From: an uncultured Candidatus Saccharibacteria bacterium
Lineage (GTDB): Bacteria > Patescibacteriota > Minisyncoccia > Phycocordibacterales > JABMNX01
Length of the DNA stretch: 64,000 nt
Assembly: GCA_964575755.1 (NCBI GenBank)
Contig: CAZNRH010000001.1
Span: 17,100 to 81,099 of the forward strand
Direction: 5' to 3'
In this document: positions 55,207 through 63,940 of the stretch, piece by piece
Numbering within the stretch: position 1 is the stretch's first letter
Layout: each line of letters opens with the position of its first letter
The notes under the pieces: model-generated
What the model was told of the DNA's origin: nothing
Databases searched by the model: none
What the model saw: the letters and a program-made list of their open reading frames with translations, nothing else
Position numbers and translations under genes: made by a program

Positions 55207-56070
55207 ATGAAATCACTACGAGAGTATGTAGCAGAAGCTGAGGTAAATAAGGTTGCAATTGGGCACTTTAATATTTCTGATACTGAGCAATTACATGCGA
55301 TTTTTAATACAGCTAAAAAGCTTAATCTGCCCATTATAATAGGTACATCAGAAGGAGAGCGTGATTTCGTAGGGGTTAAACAAGCGGTAGCTCTTGTAAA
55401 AAGTCTTCGTGAGGAACACAACTACCCTATTTTCTTAAATGCAGACCACACTTATTCACTAGAGAGAGTGAAAGAAGTCGTAGACGCAGGGTATGATGCT
55501 GTTATTTTCGACGGCACCAAGCTCCCCTTTGAAGAAAATATTGCAGAAACTAAGAAAGCGGTCGAGTATGCACGGAGTGTCGATGCAAACATTATTGTAG
55601 AGGGAGAGATAGGGTACATTGGCACATCTTCAAAAGTACTTGATGAATTACCTAAGGGTGTTGATCCAGAAGGCGCTGTAACAACTGAAGAGGAGGTATC
55701 AAGGTATGTTAAAGAAACAGGAGTTGATTTAGCTGCACCTGCAGTAGGCAATCTGCATGGCATGCTTAAGGGAGGCAAAAATCCAATGTTAAACATAGAA
55801 CAAATCGTTAAGTTAAGAAAAGCTGGTGGCGTACCAATAGTACTTCATGGAGGTTCCGGTATTTCTGACGAAGACTTTAGGTCTGCAATAGAGGCTGGAG
55901 TTTCGACCATACATATCAATACAGAAATCCGCATTGCATACCGAGAAGGAATAGAAGAAGCACTTAAAGAAAACCCTGATGAAATAGCACCATACAGGTT
56001 TATGAAAAAAGGGGCTGAGAATGTCGCTAAGGTAGTTGAGAAACGACTACGTCTATTCAATAATATTTAA
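55207..56070 (+). CDS. fba: Class II fructose-1,6-bisphosphate aldolase
   Basis: KVAIGHFNISD, LHGGSGISDEDF and STIHINTE are class II aldolase motifs. Confidence 0.85.
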   Translation: MKSLREYVAEAEVNKVAIGHFNISDTEQLHAIFNTAKKLNLPIIIGTSEGERDFVGVKQAVALVKSLREEHNYPIFLNADHTYSLERVKEVVDAGYDAVIFDGTKLPFEENIAETKKAVEYARSVDANIIVEGEIGYIGTSSKVLDELPKGVDPEGAVTTEEEVSRYVKETGVDLAAPAVGNLHGMLKGGKNPMLNIEQIVKLRKAGGVPIVLHGGSGISDEDFRSAIEAGVSTIHINTEIRIAYREGIEEALKENPDEIAPYRFMKKGAENVAKVVEKRLRLFNNI

Positions 56071-56150
56071 ATCAGGTTAATAATCTTTAAACCAAGTTAA
56101 TAATCTATAAATAAGTTACGAATTGGGTAAGACTACATCTCATATAAAAC

Positions 56151-56168
56151 CTTACGATATATCGTAAG
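56151..56168. repeat. Palindrome cttacgatatatcgtaag (copy 1 of 3)
   Basis: Perfect 18-nt palindrome preceded by aaac. Confidence 0.6.
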
Positions 56169-56214
56169 AAATCAAAGAAAAAAATAACCAAAGAAAAAAA
56201 TAACAGCAAAAACA

Positions 56215-56240
56215 AAACCTCACGATATATCGTAAGGTTT
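56215..56240. repeat. Palindrome aaacctcacgatatatcgtaaggttt (copy 2); probable bidirectional terminator
   Basis: One mismatch in the arms. Lies 7 nt beyond the stop of the minus-strand gene. T-runs on both strands. Confidence 0.6.
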
Positions 56241-56246
56241 TGGAAT

Positions 56247-56648
56247 TTACAATTCGTCAATAAACTTTTTAAAGGATTTTTTCTTGCCAGTGAAAGCTAG
56301 AGCGACAATAGATTCAAGAAGAGCATCTAAAGACCCTTCTTTGCTATTCTTCCAAACCCAATCTGTAGTGTGTTTGTATTTACCAAACTCAACAGCTAAC
56401 GAGAAACGTTTAGCAGTTGAAGGACTTACTCCTAATAATTCACTTATTTTATATAAAGAAACTCCTTTTCTTATAAGAAGTAACATCCCAATACGTTTAG
56501 CAAGCATTATAGTTTCTGTTTCGGTTAATAATTCCTCAAGAACCAGAGCACGTTTTTTAGATCCAGTATCTCTAAGTAATGTGTAAAAATGTTTTTCTAG
56601 ACCCTTCTTTATATCGGCATCGAGTTTCTTTTGTGAAATATGTGGCAT
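56247..56648 (-). CDS. Small HTH DNA-binding protein (TrpR-like YerC/YecD-type), putative
   Basis: 133 aa. LYKISELLGVSPSTAKRFS is an HTH-like segment. It is the only minus-strand gene here, flanked on both sides by the same palindrome. Confidence 0.4.
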   Translation of the reverse strand: MPHISQKKLDADIKKGLEKHFYTLLRDTGSKKRALVLEELLTETETIMLAKRIGMLLLIRKGVSLYKISELLGVSPSTAKRFSLAVEFGKYKHTTDWVWKNSKEGSLDALLESIVALAFTGKKKSFKKFIDEL

Positions 56649-56652
56649 ATAT

Positions 56653-56678
56653 AAACCTTACGATATATCGTAAGGTTT
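56653..56678. repeat. Palindrome aaaccttacgatatatcgtaaggttt (copy 3), in the 5' region of the minus-strand HTH gene
   Basis: Perfect 26-nt palindrome 5 nt upstream of the start codon. Followed by the same ggttttggaat tail as copy 2. Confidence 0.6.
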
Positions 56679-56749
56679 TGGAATAGTACAGATAGTCTAA
56701 GTTGTGTATAATTATTTAAATAAAGATAAAATATAATATAAAACTTATT

Positions 56750-57715
56750 ATGAAAGTATACGTAACACGAGCTATTCCAGAAAGCGGAATTAATTTATTA
56801 AAGGAAGCTGGGCACGAGATTGTAGTCAGTGAGAAAGATGGCGTACTTACTAAAGAAGAGCTTATAGCGGAGCTAAAAAAAGCAGAGTACGATGCAGTTA
56901 TACCGCTTCTAACAGACACTATTGATGCAGATATATTTGATGCAGTACCGAGTGCTAAAATTTTTGCTAATTACGCTGTCGGGTATAACAATATAGATGT
57001 AGAAGAAGCTAAGAAGCGTGGAGTTACAATCACAAACACCCCAGGCGTACTCACAAATACAGTAGCTGAGCACACTATTGCGCTTATGCTCTCTATTACG
57101 TCACGTATTGCAGAAGCAGATAGATTTACAAGAGCGGGCAAATACGATGGTTGGGCACCAATGCTTTTCTTAGGAACAGACCTTAAATATAAAACTCTTG
57201 GAATACTTGGAGCTGGGCGGATTGGACAGAGGGTCGCGCATATAGCGTCGCGCGGGCTTGGTATGAAGGTATGCTATTACGATATTAAACAAAACGAAAA
57301 GTTTGAAAAGGAGTACGATGCGCAGTTTAAATCAACAGTTGACGAAGTCCTCGAGGTAGCTGATGTTGTGACAACTCACGTTCCACTTCTTGATTCCACA
57401 CGACACCTTATAAACAAAGAAAGTCTTTCTAAAATGAAGCCAACTGCGTACCTAGTAAACTCATCTCGCGGTCCTGTTATTGACGAGAGTGCGCTGGTAG
57501 AAGCGCTTAAGGGTGGTGTAATTAAGGGCGCAGCACTAGATGTATTTGAAGATGAGCCAGCTCTCGCTGACGGCTTACAGGAGCTCGATAACGTGGTTAT
57601 CACTCCACACATAGCCTCAGCTACTGAAGGTACTCGTGGCAAAATGTCAGAAATAGCCGCCCAAAATATTATTAATTTCTTAGAAGGAAAAACTCCAGAA
57701 AACATAGTTGGATAA
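56750..57715 (+). CDS. D-isomer-specific 2-hydroxyacid dehydrogenase (glyoxylate/hydroxypyruvate reductase-like)
   Basis: NAD motif LGILGAGRIGQRVA. Catalytic-region VNSSRGPVIDE...ALD. Confidence 0.8.
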   Translation: MKVYVTRAIPESGINLLKEAGHEIVVSEKDGVLTKEELIAELKKAEYDAVIPLLTDTIDADIFDAVPSAKIFANYAVGYNNIDVEEAKKRGVTITNTPGVLTNTVAEHTIALMLSITSRIAEADRFTRAGKYDGWAPMLFLGTDLKYKTLGILGAGRIGQRVAHIASRGLGMKVCYYDIKQNEKFEKEYDAQFKSTVDEVLEVADVVTTHVPLLDSTRHLINKESLSKMKPTAYLVNSSRGPVIDESALVEALKGGVIKGAALDVFEDEPALADGLQELDNVVITPHIASATEGTRGKMSEIAAQNIINFLEGKTPENIVG

Positions 57716-57769
57716 TATCAATTTCTTTACTTGATTTTAAGGGCAAAGTCCGTATACTAGATACTCAAT

Positions 57770-58447
57770 ATGACAGAAACACTTCAAGTTAGAAAACGAG
57801 AGGGAAAAAAGTCCCTAAAGCAATTGCGAGGAGGCAGTGAAATGCCAGCAGTTTTTTATGGACCTAAGGAAGAAACCACATCAATCGCTATTAATAAAGA
57901 CACATTTAATAAACTCTGGAGAGAAGCAGGAGAGTCAACAGTGATTGAACTTAAAGGAGATGGAATTGAAAACGAGGTCCTTATACACAAGGTTGATGTA
58001 CATCCAGTTACTGGAGAGCCTAGACACGCTGACTTTTATGTTATGGAGAAAGGTAAGAAGGTTACCATTAAGGTTCCACTTGAATTCGTAGGAGTTTCTC
58101 CTGCTGTAAAAGAGCTTGGAGGAGTCTTGGTTAAAGTAATGCACGAAATTGAAATCGAGGTACTTCCAAAAGATTTACCACAGAATATTGAAGTAAGTAT
58201 TGAATCACTAGAAAATTTTGAAAGTCACATACTAGCAAAAGATATTGCAATTCCAGAAAGCGCAGAATTGATTATAGATGGAGAAGAAACAGTTGCCCTT
58301 GTAAACGAAGCAAAGGAAGAAGAAGAGCCAGAAGTAGAAGCTTCAATTGACGACATAGAAGTAGAAGAGAAAGGTAAGAAAGAGGATGACGATTCCTCGG
58401 AAGGAATCGCGTCCAAAGACGTTAAACAAGAATCTACTGACGCCTAA
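57770..58447 (+). CDS. rplY: 50S ribosomal protein L25 / general stress protein Ctc, with an acidic C-terminal extension
   Basis: L25 N-terminal domain (LQVRKREGKKSLKQLRGGSEMPAVFYG) and Ctc-type beta-barrel. The last ~16 codons derive from a repeated palindromic element. Confidence 0.8.
   Translation: MTETLQVRKREGKKSLKQLRGGSEMPAVFYGPKEETTSIAINKDTFNKLWREAGESTVIELKGDGIENEVLIHKVDVHPVTGEPRHADFYVMEKGKKVTIKVPLEFVGVSPAVKELGGVLVKVMHEIEIEVLPKDLPQNIEVSIESLENFESHILAKDIAIPESAELIIDGEETVALVNEAKEEEEPEVEASIDDIEVEEKGKKEDDDSSEGIASKDVKQESTDA
58385..58429 (+). repeat. 45-nt element gatgacgattcctcggaaggaatcgcgtccaaagacgttaaacaa inside the rplY 3' end
   Basis: Near-identical to 62712-62756 in rpsB (2 substitutions). 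Contains the inverted repeat cgattcc/ggaatcg. Confidence 0.75.
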
Positions 58448-58475
58448 TCTAAATTAAAAAGAATAATCTCAATAT

Positions 58476-58505
58476 AAAAATACTCCAGTATACTGGAGTA
58501 TTTTT
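58476..58505 (+). terminator. Rho-independent terminator (tactccagta-tactggagta + T5)
   Basis: 10-bp perfect stem followed by ttttt, 29 nt after the rplY stop. Confidence 0.65.
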
Positions 58506-58601
58506 ATATTGTTGAGTGGATAGTATGGTTAATAATTTTACAAAAGTTTTACCACTACGTATTTCGACAAATGTACTATATTGGTATAATAACTATTAAT
58601 C

Positions 58602-59978
58602 ATGACTTCTGCGCGCAAACCCACTAATATATATTATTTTGTATGGTTCATACTGTCATGCGTTTTTTTGTTAAGTACGTATGTGGCAACTACATCTGCT
58701 CAAGTTGCAGATCAGCAAGTAGAACAGCGCAAAGCAGAGCTTGAAGCAGAGCTCGCAGAAATCGAAAAAGAAATAGAGGGACAACAAGTGCTACTGGATG
58801 ACAAACAAGAAGAAAGAGTTTCACTGGAGCGAGACGTAGCTATTTTAGATGCAAAGATAGATAAAGCTAAACTTTCCATCAGAGCACGTGATTTGGAAAT
58901 TAGAGGTATCACTCAAAATATTTCAGGTAAGCAAAAAACAATAGGAACACTCAATGACAAATTACAGCGAGAGAAAGAGTCCCTTGCTCAATTAATTCGA
59001 AAGACAAATGAAATAGATGACTACTCACTTGCTGAGATAGTATTAGGGAACCAAGACTTTTCTGCTTTTTTCGAAGACCTTGATAATTTTGATGCTATAA
59101 AGGCTGGACTTTCTGAGTCTTTTAAAGAAATAGCAGCGACGAAAGACGATACATACACACAAAAGGAGGCATTAGAGACACGGCGCGCTTCAGAGCAGGA
59201 ATTGCGTGGTATTCAAAACCTAGAGAAAAAGAAGATAGAAGTTCAAGAAAGGGAGCGACAGAAAATTCTTGATATAACAAAAGGTGAAGAGGCTGCATAC
59301 CAAACGCTTATCACGGTTAGTTTAAAATCAGCTGCAGAGATAAAAGCAGAGCTCTTTACACTTCGTGGTTCAGCCCCAATACCATTTGCAGACGCTTATC
59401 AATATGCGCTCGATGCGTCACGTGCCACTGGAGTACGTCCAGCACTTATACTTGGTGTAATCGCTCAAGAGTCTAATTTAGGTGAAAATGTAGGGCAATG
59501 TCTCTTAACTAATAGTCCTAAAAAGGGAGATGGTAAGGGCGTAAACACAGGAAGGTTCTTTGATGGAGTGATGAAACCAAACCGTGATGTGGATCCATTT
59601 TTAGCTATTGTAACTGAGCTTGGTATTAATCCGTACGGACAAGTTGTATCGTGCCCCCCTTCATATGGTTATGGTGGAGCTATGGGGCCTGCGCAATTTA
59701 TACCCTCTACGTGGGATTTATATAAAGTGCGTATCGCAAAGGCTGCTAAACAAAACCCTCCAAACCCATGGGATCCACGTACAGCATTTACAGCATCAGC
59801 GCTCTTAATGATGGACAACGGAGCAGATAAAGGTACCCGAGCATCAGAGAAGCTAGCCGCTCTAAGATACTTTGCTGGCTGGAAGAACGCACGAAATCCA
59901 AGATACGATTTTTATGGAGAGGGGGTTTTGGAGTTGGCTGATCATTATCAGGAACTCATAGACGTCCTAGAGAGCTAG
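58602..59978 (+). CDS. Coiled-coil protein with a C-terminal MltB-like lytic transglycosylase domain
   Basis: N-terminal signal anchor, ~230 aa heptad-rich coiled coil, then ILGVIAQESNLG...GAMGPAQFIPSTW...DPRTAFTASALLM matching the lytic transglycosylase family 3 motifs (ES..., GAMGQtQFmPsT, D...SaAnyL). Confidence 0.55.
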   Translation: MTSARKPTNIYYFVWFILSCVFLLSTYVATTSAQVADQQVEQRKAELEAELAEIEKEIEGQQVLLDDKQEERVSLERDVAILDAKIDKAKLSIRARDLEIRGITQNISGKQKTIGTLNDKLQREKESLAQLIRKTNEIDDYSLAEIVLGNQDFSAFFEDLDNFDAIKAGLSESFKEIAATKDDTYTQKEALETRRASEQELRGIQNLEKKKIEVQERERQKILDITKGEEAAYQTLITVSLKSAAEIKAELFTLRGSAPIPFADAYQYALDASRATGVRPALILGVIAQESNLGENVGQCLLTNSPKKGDGKGVNTGRFFDGVMKPNRDVDPFLAIVTELGINPYGQVVSCPPSYGYGGAMGPAQFIPSTWDLYKVRIAKAAKQNPPNPWDPRTAFTASALLMMDNGADKGTRASEKLAALRYFAGWKNARNPRYDFYGEGVLELADHYQELIDVLES

Positions 59979-60168
59979 AGCTTTCATAGTTGGTGAATTT
60001 CTTTGTCGTTTCATAAAAAATGTCATTCGTCGTACCCTAGGTACGCCTATTTCCATTTTTACCTCACTCCTCGAACTGTATTCAACTAATGAAAACTCTA
60101 GGTGGTTATTGTAGATATAAATTATAAAAAAACTTAACCCTGTTCGACTACGTCGGACATGGTTTAAA

Positions 60169-60450
60169 TTATGGACGATTGTGGTCCATAAGTTCTTCAA
60201 GTGTATACCAAGCTGCGAAGCTCAAACACATTTGTACTGCTGTAAGGTGACTGCCGGTTTTTCTTAGTTTTGCTGGATCTTTTGCATACTCTTTAACGCC
60301 TTCACAAAGGTAATGAGCGTGTTTTAATAGTTCAAAGTCACTAAGGGCATAAAACGTCCTTTTAGGGTCCATACGCTCTTTTGGTACGTCGGCGGCACGA
60401 AGTCTTTTTTCGTACATCTTAATAACCGAAATAATTTTCTCAGGTGTCAT
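60169..60450 (-). CDS. Hypothetical protein
   Basis: 93-aa ORF alone on the minus strand, with no overlap with other genes. No motif recognised. Confidence 0.3.
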   Translation of the reverse strand: MTPEKIISVIKMYEKRLRAADVPKERMDPKRTFYALSDFELLKHAHYLCEGVKEYAKDPAKLRKTGSHLTAVQMCLSFAAWYTLEELMDHNRP

Positions 60451-60548
60451 GTCACGTACTCCATAAGGTTATTTGATTTCTGTTGTGAGTGTACTCGTCC
60501 ATGTATAGTATTGCAAGCAGCTCATTTTTTTGGTATTCTGTGTGAACT

Positions 60549-60812
60549 ATGAAAAAGGATATTCATCCAGAGAATTACAGACAAGTCATCTTCCACGACA
60601 ACTCAAGTGGAGAGCAGTTTCTTATTGGTTCAACAGTTGATACATCAGAGACAGCTAAATGGACAGACGGTAAAGAATATCCAGTCTACAATGTAGAAAT
60701 CTCAAGTGCATCACACCCATTTTATACAGGTAAAGAAAAGATGCTTGATACAGCAGGACGAGTAGAGAAGTTCAAGGCTCGAGAAGCAGCAGCAAAGAAA
60801 GCTAAAAAATAA
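60549..60812 (+). CDS. rpmE: 50S ribosomal protein L31
   Basis: [10 protein letters not shown]...HPFYTGK signature. Confidence 0.85.
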   Translation: MKKDIHPENYRQVIFHDNSSGEQFLIGSTVDTSETAKWTDGKEYPVYNVEISSASHPFYTGKEKMLDTAGRVEKFKAREAAAKKAKK

Positions 60813-60880
60813 CTACGTAAAAGAAAGCCCTGCATGTGTTCATGATGGGGTTTTTCTTATTTTTGTACTAAAATTAAGTT

Positions 60881-61858
60881 ATGGATAAAGAAACACTAAA
60901 AAACTACCGTGAAAACCACAAGACGGCTTTTCTGGTGGAACAATATGACAAGCTAGTAAAGCAAGAAGAAGAGACAAAAGAGATGTCAAAAGATCCTGAG
61001 GTTATGGAGTTAGCGACTGATGAGCTTAATGCAATAAAAGTGCAACAAGACGAGCTTGTTAAACAAATGGAGCTTATAACAAAATCAGATGAGGAAGAAG
61101 AGAAGTTTCCAAATGAATTAATTCTTGAGGTGCGTGCAGGGGCAGGAGGCGAAGAAGCCGCCATCTTTGCTGAACAATTGGCATTTATGTATGAGAGATA
61201 TTCAGAGAAGCAGGGGTGGCAGTACAGGGTAATAAATGAATCAAAGAGCTCTCTTGGTGGATACAAAGAGGTGGTGGTTGAAATTCGCGGTAAAGATTCT
61301 TATAAAAAACTTAGACACGAGACAGGGGTGCATCGAGTACAACGTATCCCATCGACTGAAAAACAAGGTCGTATACACACCTCAACTGCTTCAGTAGCCA
61401 TATTACCTATTCGTAAGAAGGCAAAAGTTGAACTTAATCCCGCTGACCTAGAAATTGAGTTTTCTCGTTCTGGTGGAGCGGGTGGGCAAAATGTGAATAA
61501 GGTCGAGACAGCTGTTAGGGTTATACATAAGCCCACTAGTATTGATGTCCGTAGCACATCAGAGAGAAGTCAACAGAAAAACCGCGAGCAAGCAATGAGT
61601 ATACTACAAGCGAAATTACAACTCTTAGCAGAAGAAGAGCAAGCTCAGAAAATAGCAAAAGAGCGTAAAGAGCAAGTAAAAACAGCAGATCGCTCAGAAA
61701 AGATAAGGACGTATAACTTCTCGCAAGACCGTATAACCGACCACAGAATAAAGAAATCTTGGTCGAATATAGTTGGTGTTATGGGAGGTGAGCTTAATGA
61801 CATAATTGAGTCATTTGACGATTATGATACCTCGCAAGGTATCATGTCCACAGACTAA
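60881..61858 (+). CDS. prfA: Peptide chain release factor 1
   Basis: GGQ motif ([18 protein letters not shown]). P(S/A)T tripeptide region [14 protein letters not shown] is typical of RF1. No RF2-type frameshift site. Confidence 0.8.
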   Translation: MDKETLKNYRENHKTAFLVEQYDKLVKQEEETKEMSKDPEVMELATDELNAIKVQQDELVKQMELITKSDEEEEKFPNELILEVRAGAGGEEAAIFAEQLAFMYERYSEKQGWQYRVINESKSSLGGYKEVVVEIRGKDSYKKLRHETGVHRVQRIPSTEKQGRIHTSTASVAILPIRKKAKVELNPADLEIEFSRSGGAGGQNVNKVETAVRVIHKPTSIDVRSTSERSQQKNREQAMSILQAKLQLLAEEEQAQKIAKERKEQVKTADRSEKIRTYNFSQDRITDHRIKKSWSNIVGVMGGELNDIIESFDDYDTSQGIMSTD

Positions 61859-61991
61859 GCAAAAATCGCGTCTGATATTTCGCAAAATATCATGTCCACA
61901 GACCGGAGACGTGTTAAAAGATACGTAAGACTATGATACTATACATATTGCGAAAGTACCCTTTATTTGCTAGACTCTTCAAGTATTAACT

Positions 61992-62798
61992 ATGGAAGAA
62001 ACAAAAACTAAAACAACAACAGGAGATATAATCGGTTCAATGTTTGAAGTTGGTGCTCATTTTGCGTACAGCAAATCCCGTCGACATCCGACGGTAAGTT
62101 CGTATATATTTGGGACAAAGGACAAGGTAGAGATTTTTGACCTAGAAAAGACAAAAGGTCTCCTTGATAATGCCCTAGAGTTTGTTGAGAAGCTTTCAAA
62201 AGAGGGTAAAACTGTACTATTTGTAGCTGGCAAGAACGAGGCTCGTAATATAATAAAAAGCACAGCTCTTTCTCTAGATATGCCTTATGTAACTGGACGA
62301 TGGATTGGCGGGACTCTTACTAATTTCGAACAAATCAAAAAACAAATATTACGTCTTGAAGAATTAACCTCTGAAAAAGAAAAAGGCGAGCTAGCAAAGA
62401 AATACAATAAAAAGGAGTTAGTCATGCTTAATCGCGAAATGGAATCTCTAGAGAATATATTTGGCGGACTTATTTCAATGAAATCATTGCCGTCTGCACT
62501 TATTGTTATAGACACCAAGCGTGAATACATCGCAGTGGAAGAAGCAAAAAAGAAGGGGATACCAGTTATTGCATTAATGAACTCAGACTGCAGTCTCTTG
62601 AGTGCGGATTATCCAATTTTGGCAAACGACGCTTCAATGAAGAGCATTGTATTTTTTGTTAATCTAATCTCAGATACATACAAAAAGAATAAATTTGCTG
62701 GTAAGGCTGTTGATGACGATTCCTCGCAAGGAATCGCGTCCGAAGACGTTAAACAAAAGACCATAGAACTCAAGGAGTCAGGGAGTGTATCGAAATAG
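61992..62798 (+). CDS. rpsB: 30S ribosomal protein S2, with a C-terminal extension
   Basis: S2 core (FEVGAHFAYSKSRRHP, VLFVAGK). The C-terminal DDDSSQGIASEDVKQ is encoded by the repeated 45-nt element. Confidence 0.85.
   Translation: MEETKTKTTTGDIIGSMFEVGAHFAYSKSRRHPTVSSYIFGTKDKVEIFDLEKTKGLLDNALEFVEKLSKEGKTVLFVAGKNEARNIIKSTALSLDMPYVTGRWIGGTLTNFEQIKKQILRLEELTSEKEKGELAKKYNKKELVMLNREMESLENIFGGLISMKSLPSALIVIDTKREYIAVEEAKKKGIPVIALMNSDCSLLSADYPILANDASMKSIVFFVNLISDTYKKNKFAGKAVDDDSSQGIASEDVKQKTIELKESGSVSK
62712..62756 (+). repeat. 45-nt element gatgacgattcctcgcaaggaatcgcgtccgaagacgttaaacaa inside the rpsB 3' end
   Basis: Near-identical to 58385-58429 in rplY. A third, partial copy lies at 311-334 in the RAYT fragment. 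Confidence 0.75.
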
Positions 62799-62836
62799 AC
62801 CGTCTGATCACGTATTAATACATAAATATATAAACC

Positions 62837-63427
62837 ATGGTAACAATGGACCAAATTAAAGAGCTGAGAGAACTGACTGGTATATCAGTTATGCAATGCA
62901 AGAAAGCTCTTGAGGAAGCTGATGGTGATATTGAAAAGGCTAAAGTTATACTCCGAAAGCAGAGTGGAGATATTGCAGCCAAGAAATCAAGTCGAAATCT
63001 CGGTTCAGGAGTTGTTGAGTCATATATTCACAGCACAAAGCAGGTTGGAGCTATTGTGGTTCTTTCTTGCGAGACTGATTTTGTTGCCAAAAACGAAGGT
63101 TTTGTACAACTAGCTAAAGATATAGCTATGCATATAACTGCTTCATATCCACAATTCATAAAGAAAGAAGATGTTACAGAAGGAGATACCAAAGCAGCTC
63201 GTGCAGTATTTCAAAAAGAGATTAAAGATCAGTCTGGAGACAAGCCAGAAGAAATGCAAGAAAAGATTTTACAAGGTAAGATGGATTCATTTTTGAAAGA
63301 TAAAGTTTTACTTGATCAAAGTTATATAAAAGATCCAAGTCTTACTATTGGCAATCTTGTTGAGGCTGCTACTCAAAAATTTGGAGAGAATATAGTAATA
63401 TCTAACTTTACACGACACTCAATATAG
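62837..63427 (+). CDS. tsf: Elongation factor Ts (short form)
   Basis: UBA-like N-terminus IKELRELTGISVMQCKKALEEADGDIEKA and dimerisation core. Confidence 0.85.
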   Translation: MVTMDQIKELRELTGISVMQCKKALEEADGDIEKAKVILRKQSGDIAAKKSSRNLGSGVVESYIHSTKQVGAIVVLSCETDFVAKNEGFVQLAKDIAMHITASYPQFIKKEDVTEGDTKAARAVFQKEIKDQSGDKPEEMQEKILQGKMDSFLKDKVLLDQSYIKDPSLTIGNLVEAATQKFGENIVISNFTRHSI

Positions 63428-63450
63428 ATTGGTGTTAGTGTAATATTATT

Positions 63451-63843
63451 ATGATAAGTATAAGCGCATTTGTCATCTCATTATTTGGAATCATATCGCT
63501 TTTGTATTTTCGCTCATGGGAAATACGTCGTGGCGAGAGGTTCTTCAGTGACGAAAGAGAAAAGCTGGACGAAAAGGTGATTTCTTTTGGTGAGTATATA
63601 AACAAATTTTCCGTGATATTTGATCGCTCTATAATTCTTCGTATATATCACACCACTGCTCACTATTTTGCACTTATTGTTCTTGGTACAATAAAAATCA
63701 TTGAGAGGAGAATGGTATATTTACTTGAACATATAAGAGGGAAGCGCGAAATAAAGAGAGGGGTTACTCAGTCAGAGTTTCTTAAGCGGGTTGCAGATCA
63801 CAAGCAAAGCCTTGAAAAACCACCAGTAAATAAGGTAGAATAG
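63451..63843 (+). CDS. Hypothetical small membrane protein
   Basis: 130 aa with an N-terminal TM helix. No motif recognised. Confidence 0.3.
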   Translation: MISISAFVISLFGIISLLYFRSWEIRRGERFFSDEREKLDEKVISFGEYINKFSVIFDRSIILRIYHTTAHYFALIVLGTIKIIERRMVYLLEHIRGKREIKRGVTQSEFLKRVADHKQSLEKPPVNKVE

Positions 63844-63867
63844 GAAAACTTAAACATAAGTAAATAA

Positions 63868-63940
63868 GCCACCTTAGCTCAGTTGGTAGAGCAACTCACT
63901 TGTAATGAGTAGGTCGTGGGTTCGAATCCCTCAGGTGGCT
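63868..63940 (+). tRNA. tRNA-Thr (anticodon UGU)
   Basis: Cloverleaf: acceptor gccacct/aggtggc, D-arm tagctcagttggtagagca, anticodon stem-loop actca-cttgtaa-tgagt (anticodon TGT), T-arm gtgggttcgaatccctc. No encoded CCA. Confidence 0.85.

Noticed and set aside
60000-60168. Intergenic region before the minus-strand ORF 60169-60450, considered for a tRNA or small RNA
   Set aside because: No cloverleaf, conserved RNA motif or convincing stem-loops found. Likely the 3' UTR or terminator region of convergent genes.
60881-61858. Programmed +1 frameshift typical of prfB
   Set aside because: The release factor has a P(S)T-type tripeptide region and uninterrupted frame, so it is RF1. No CUU UGA C slippery site is seen.
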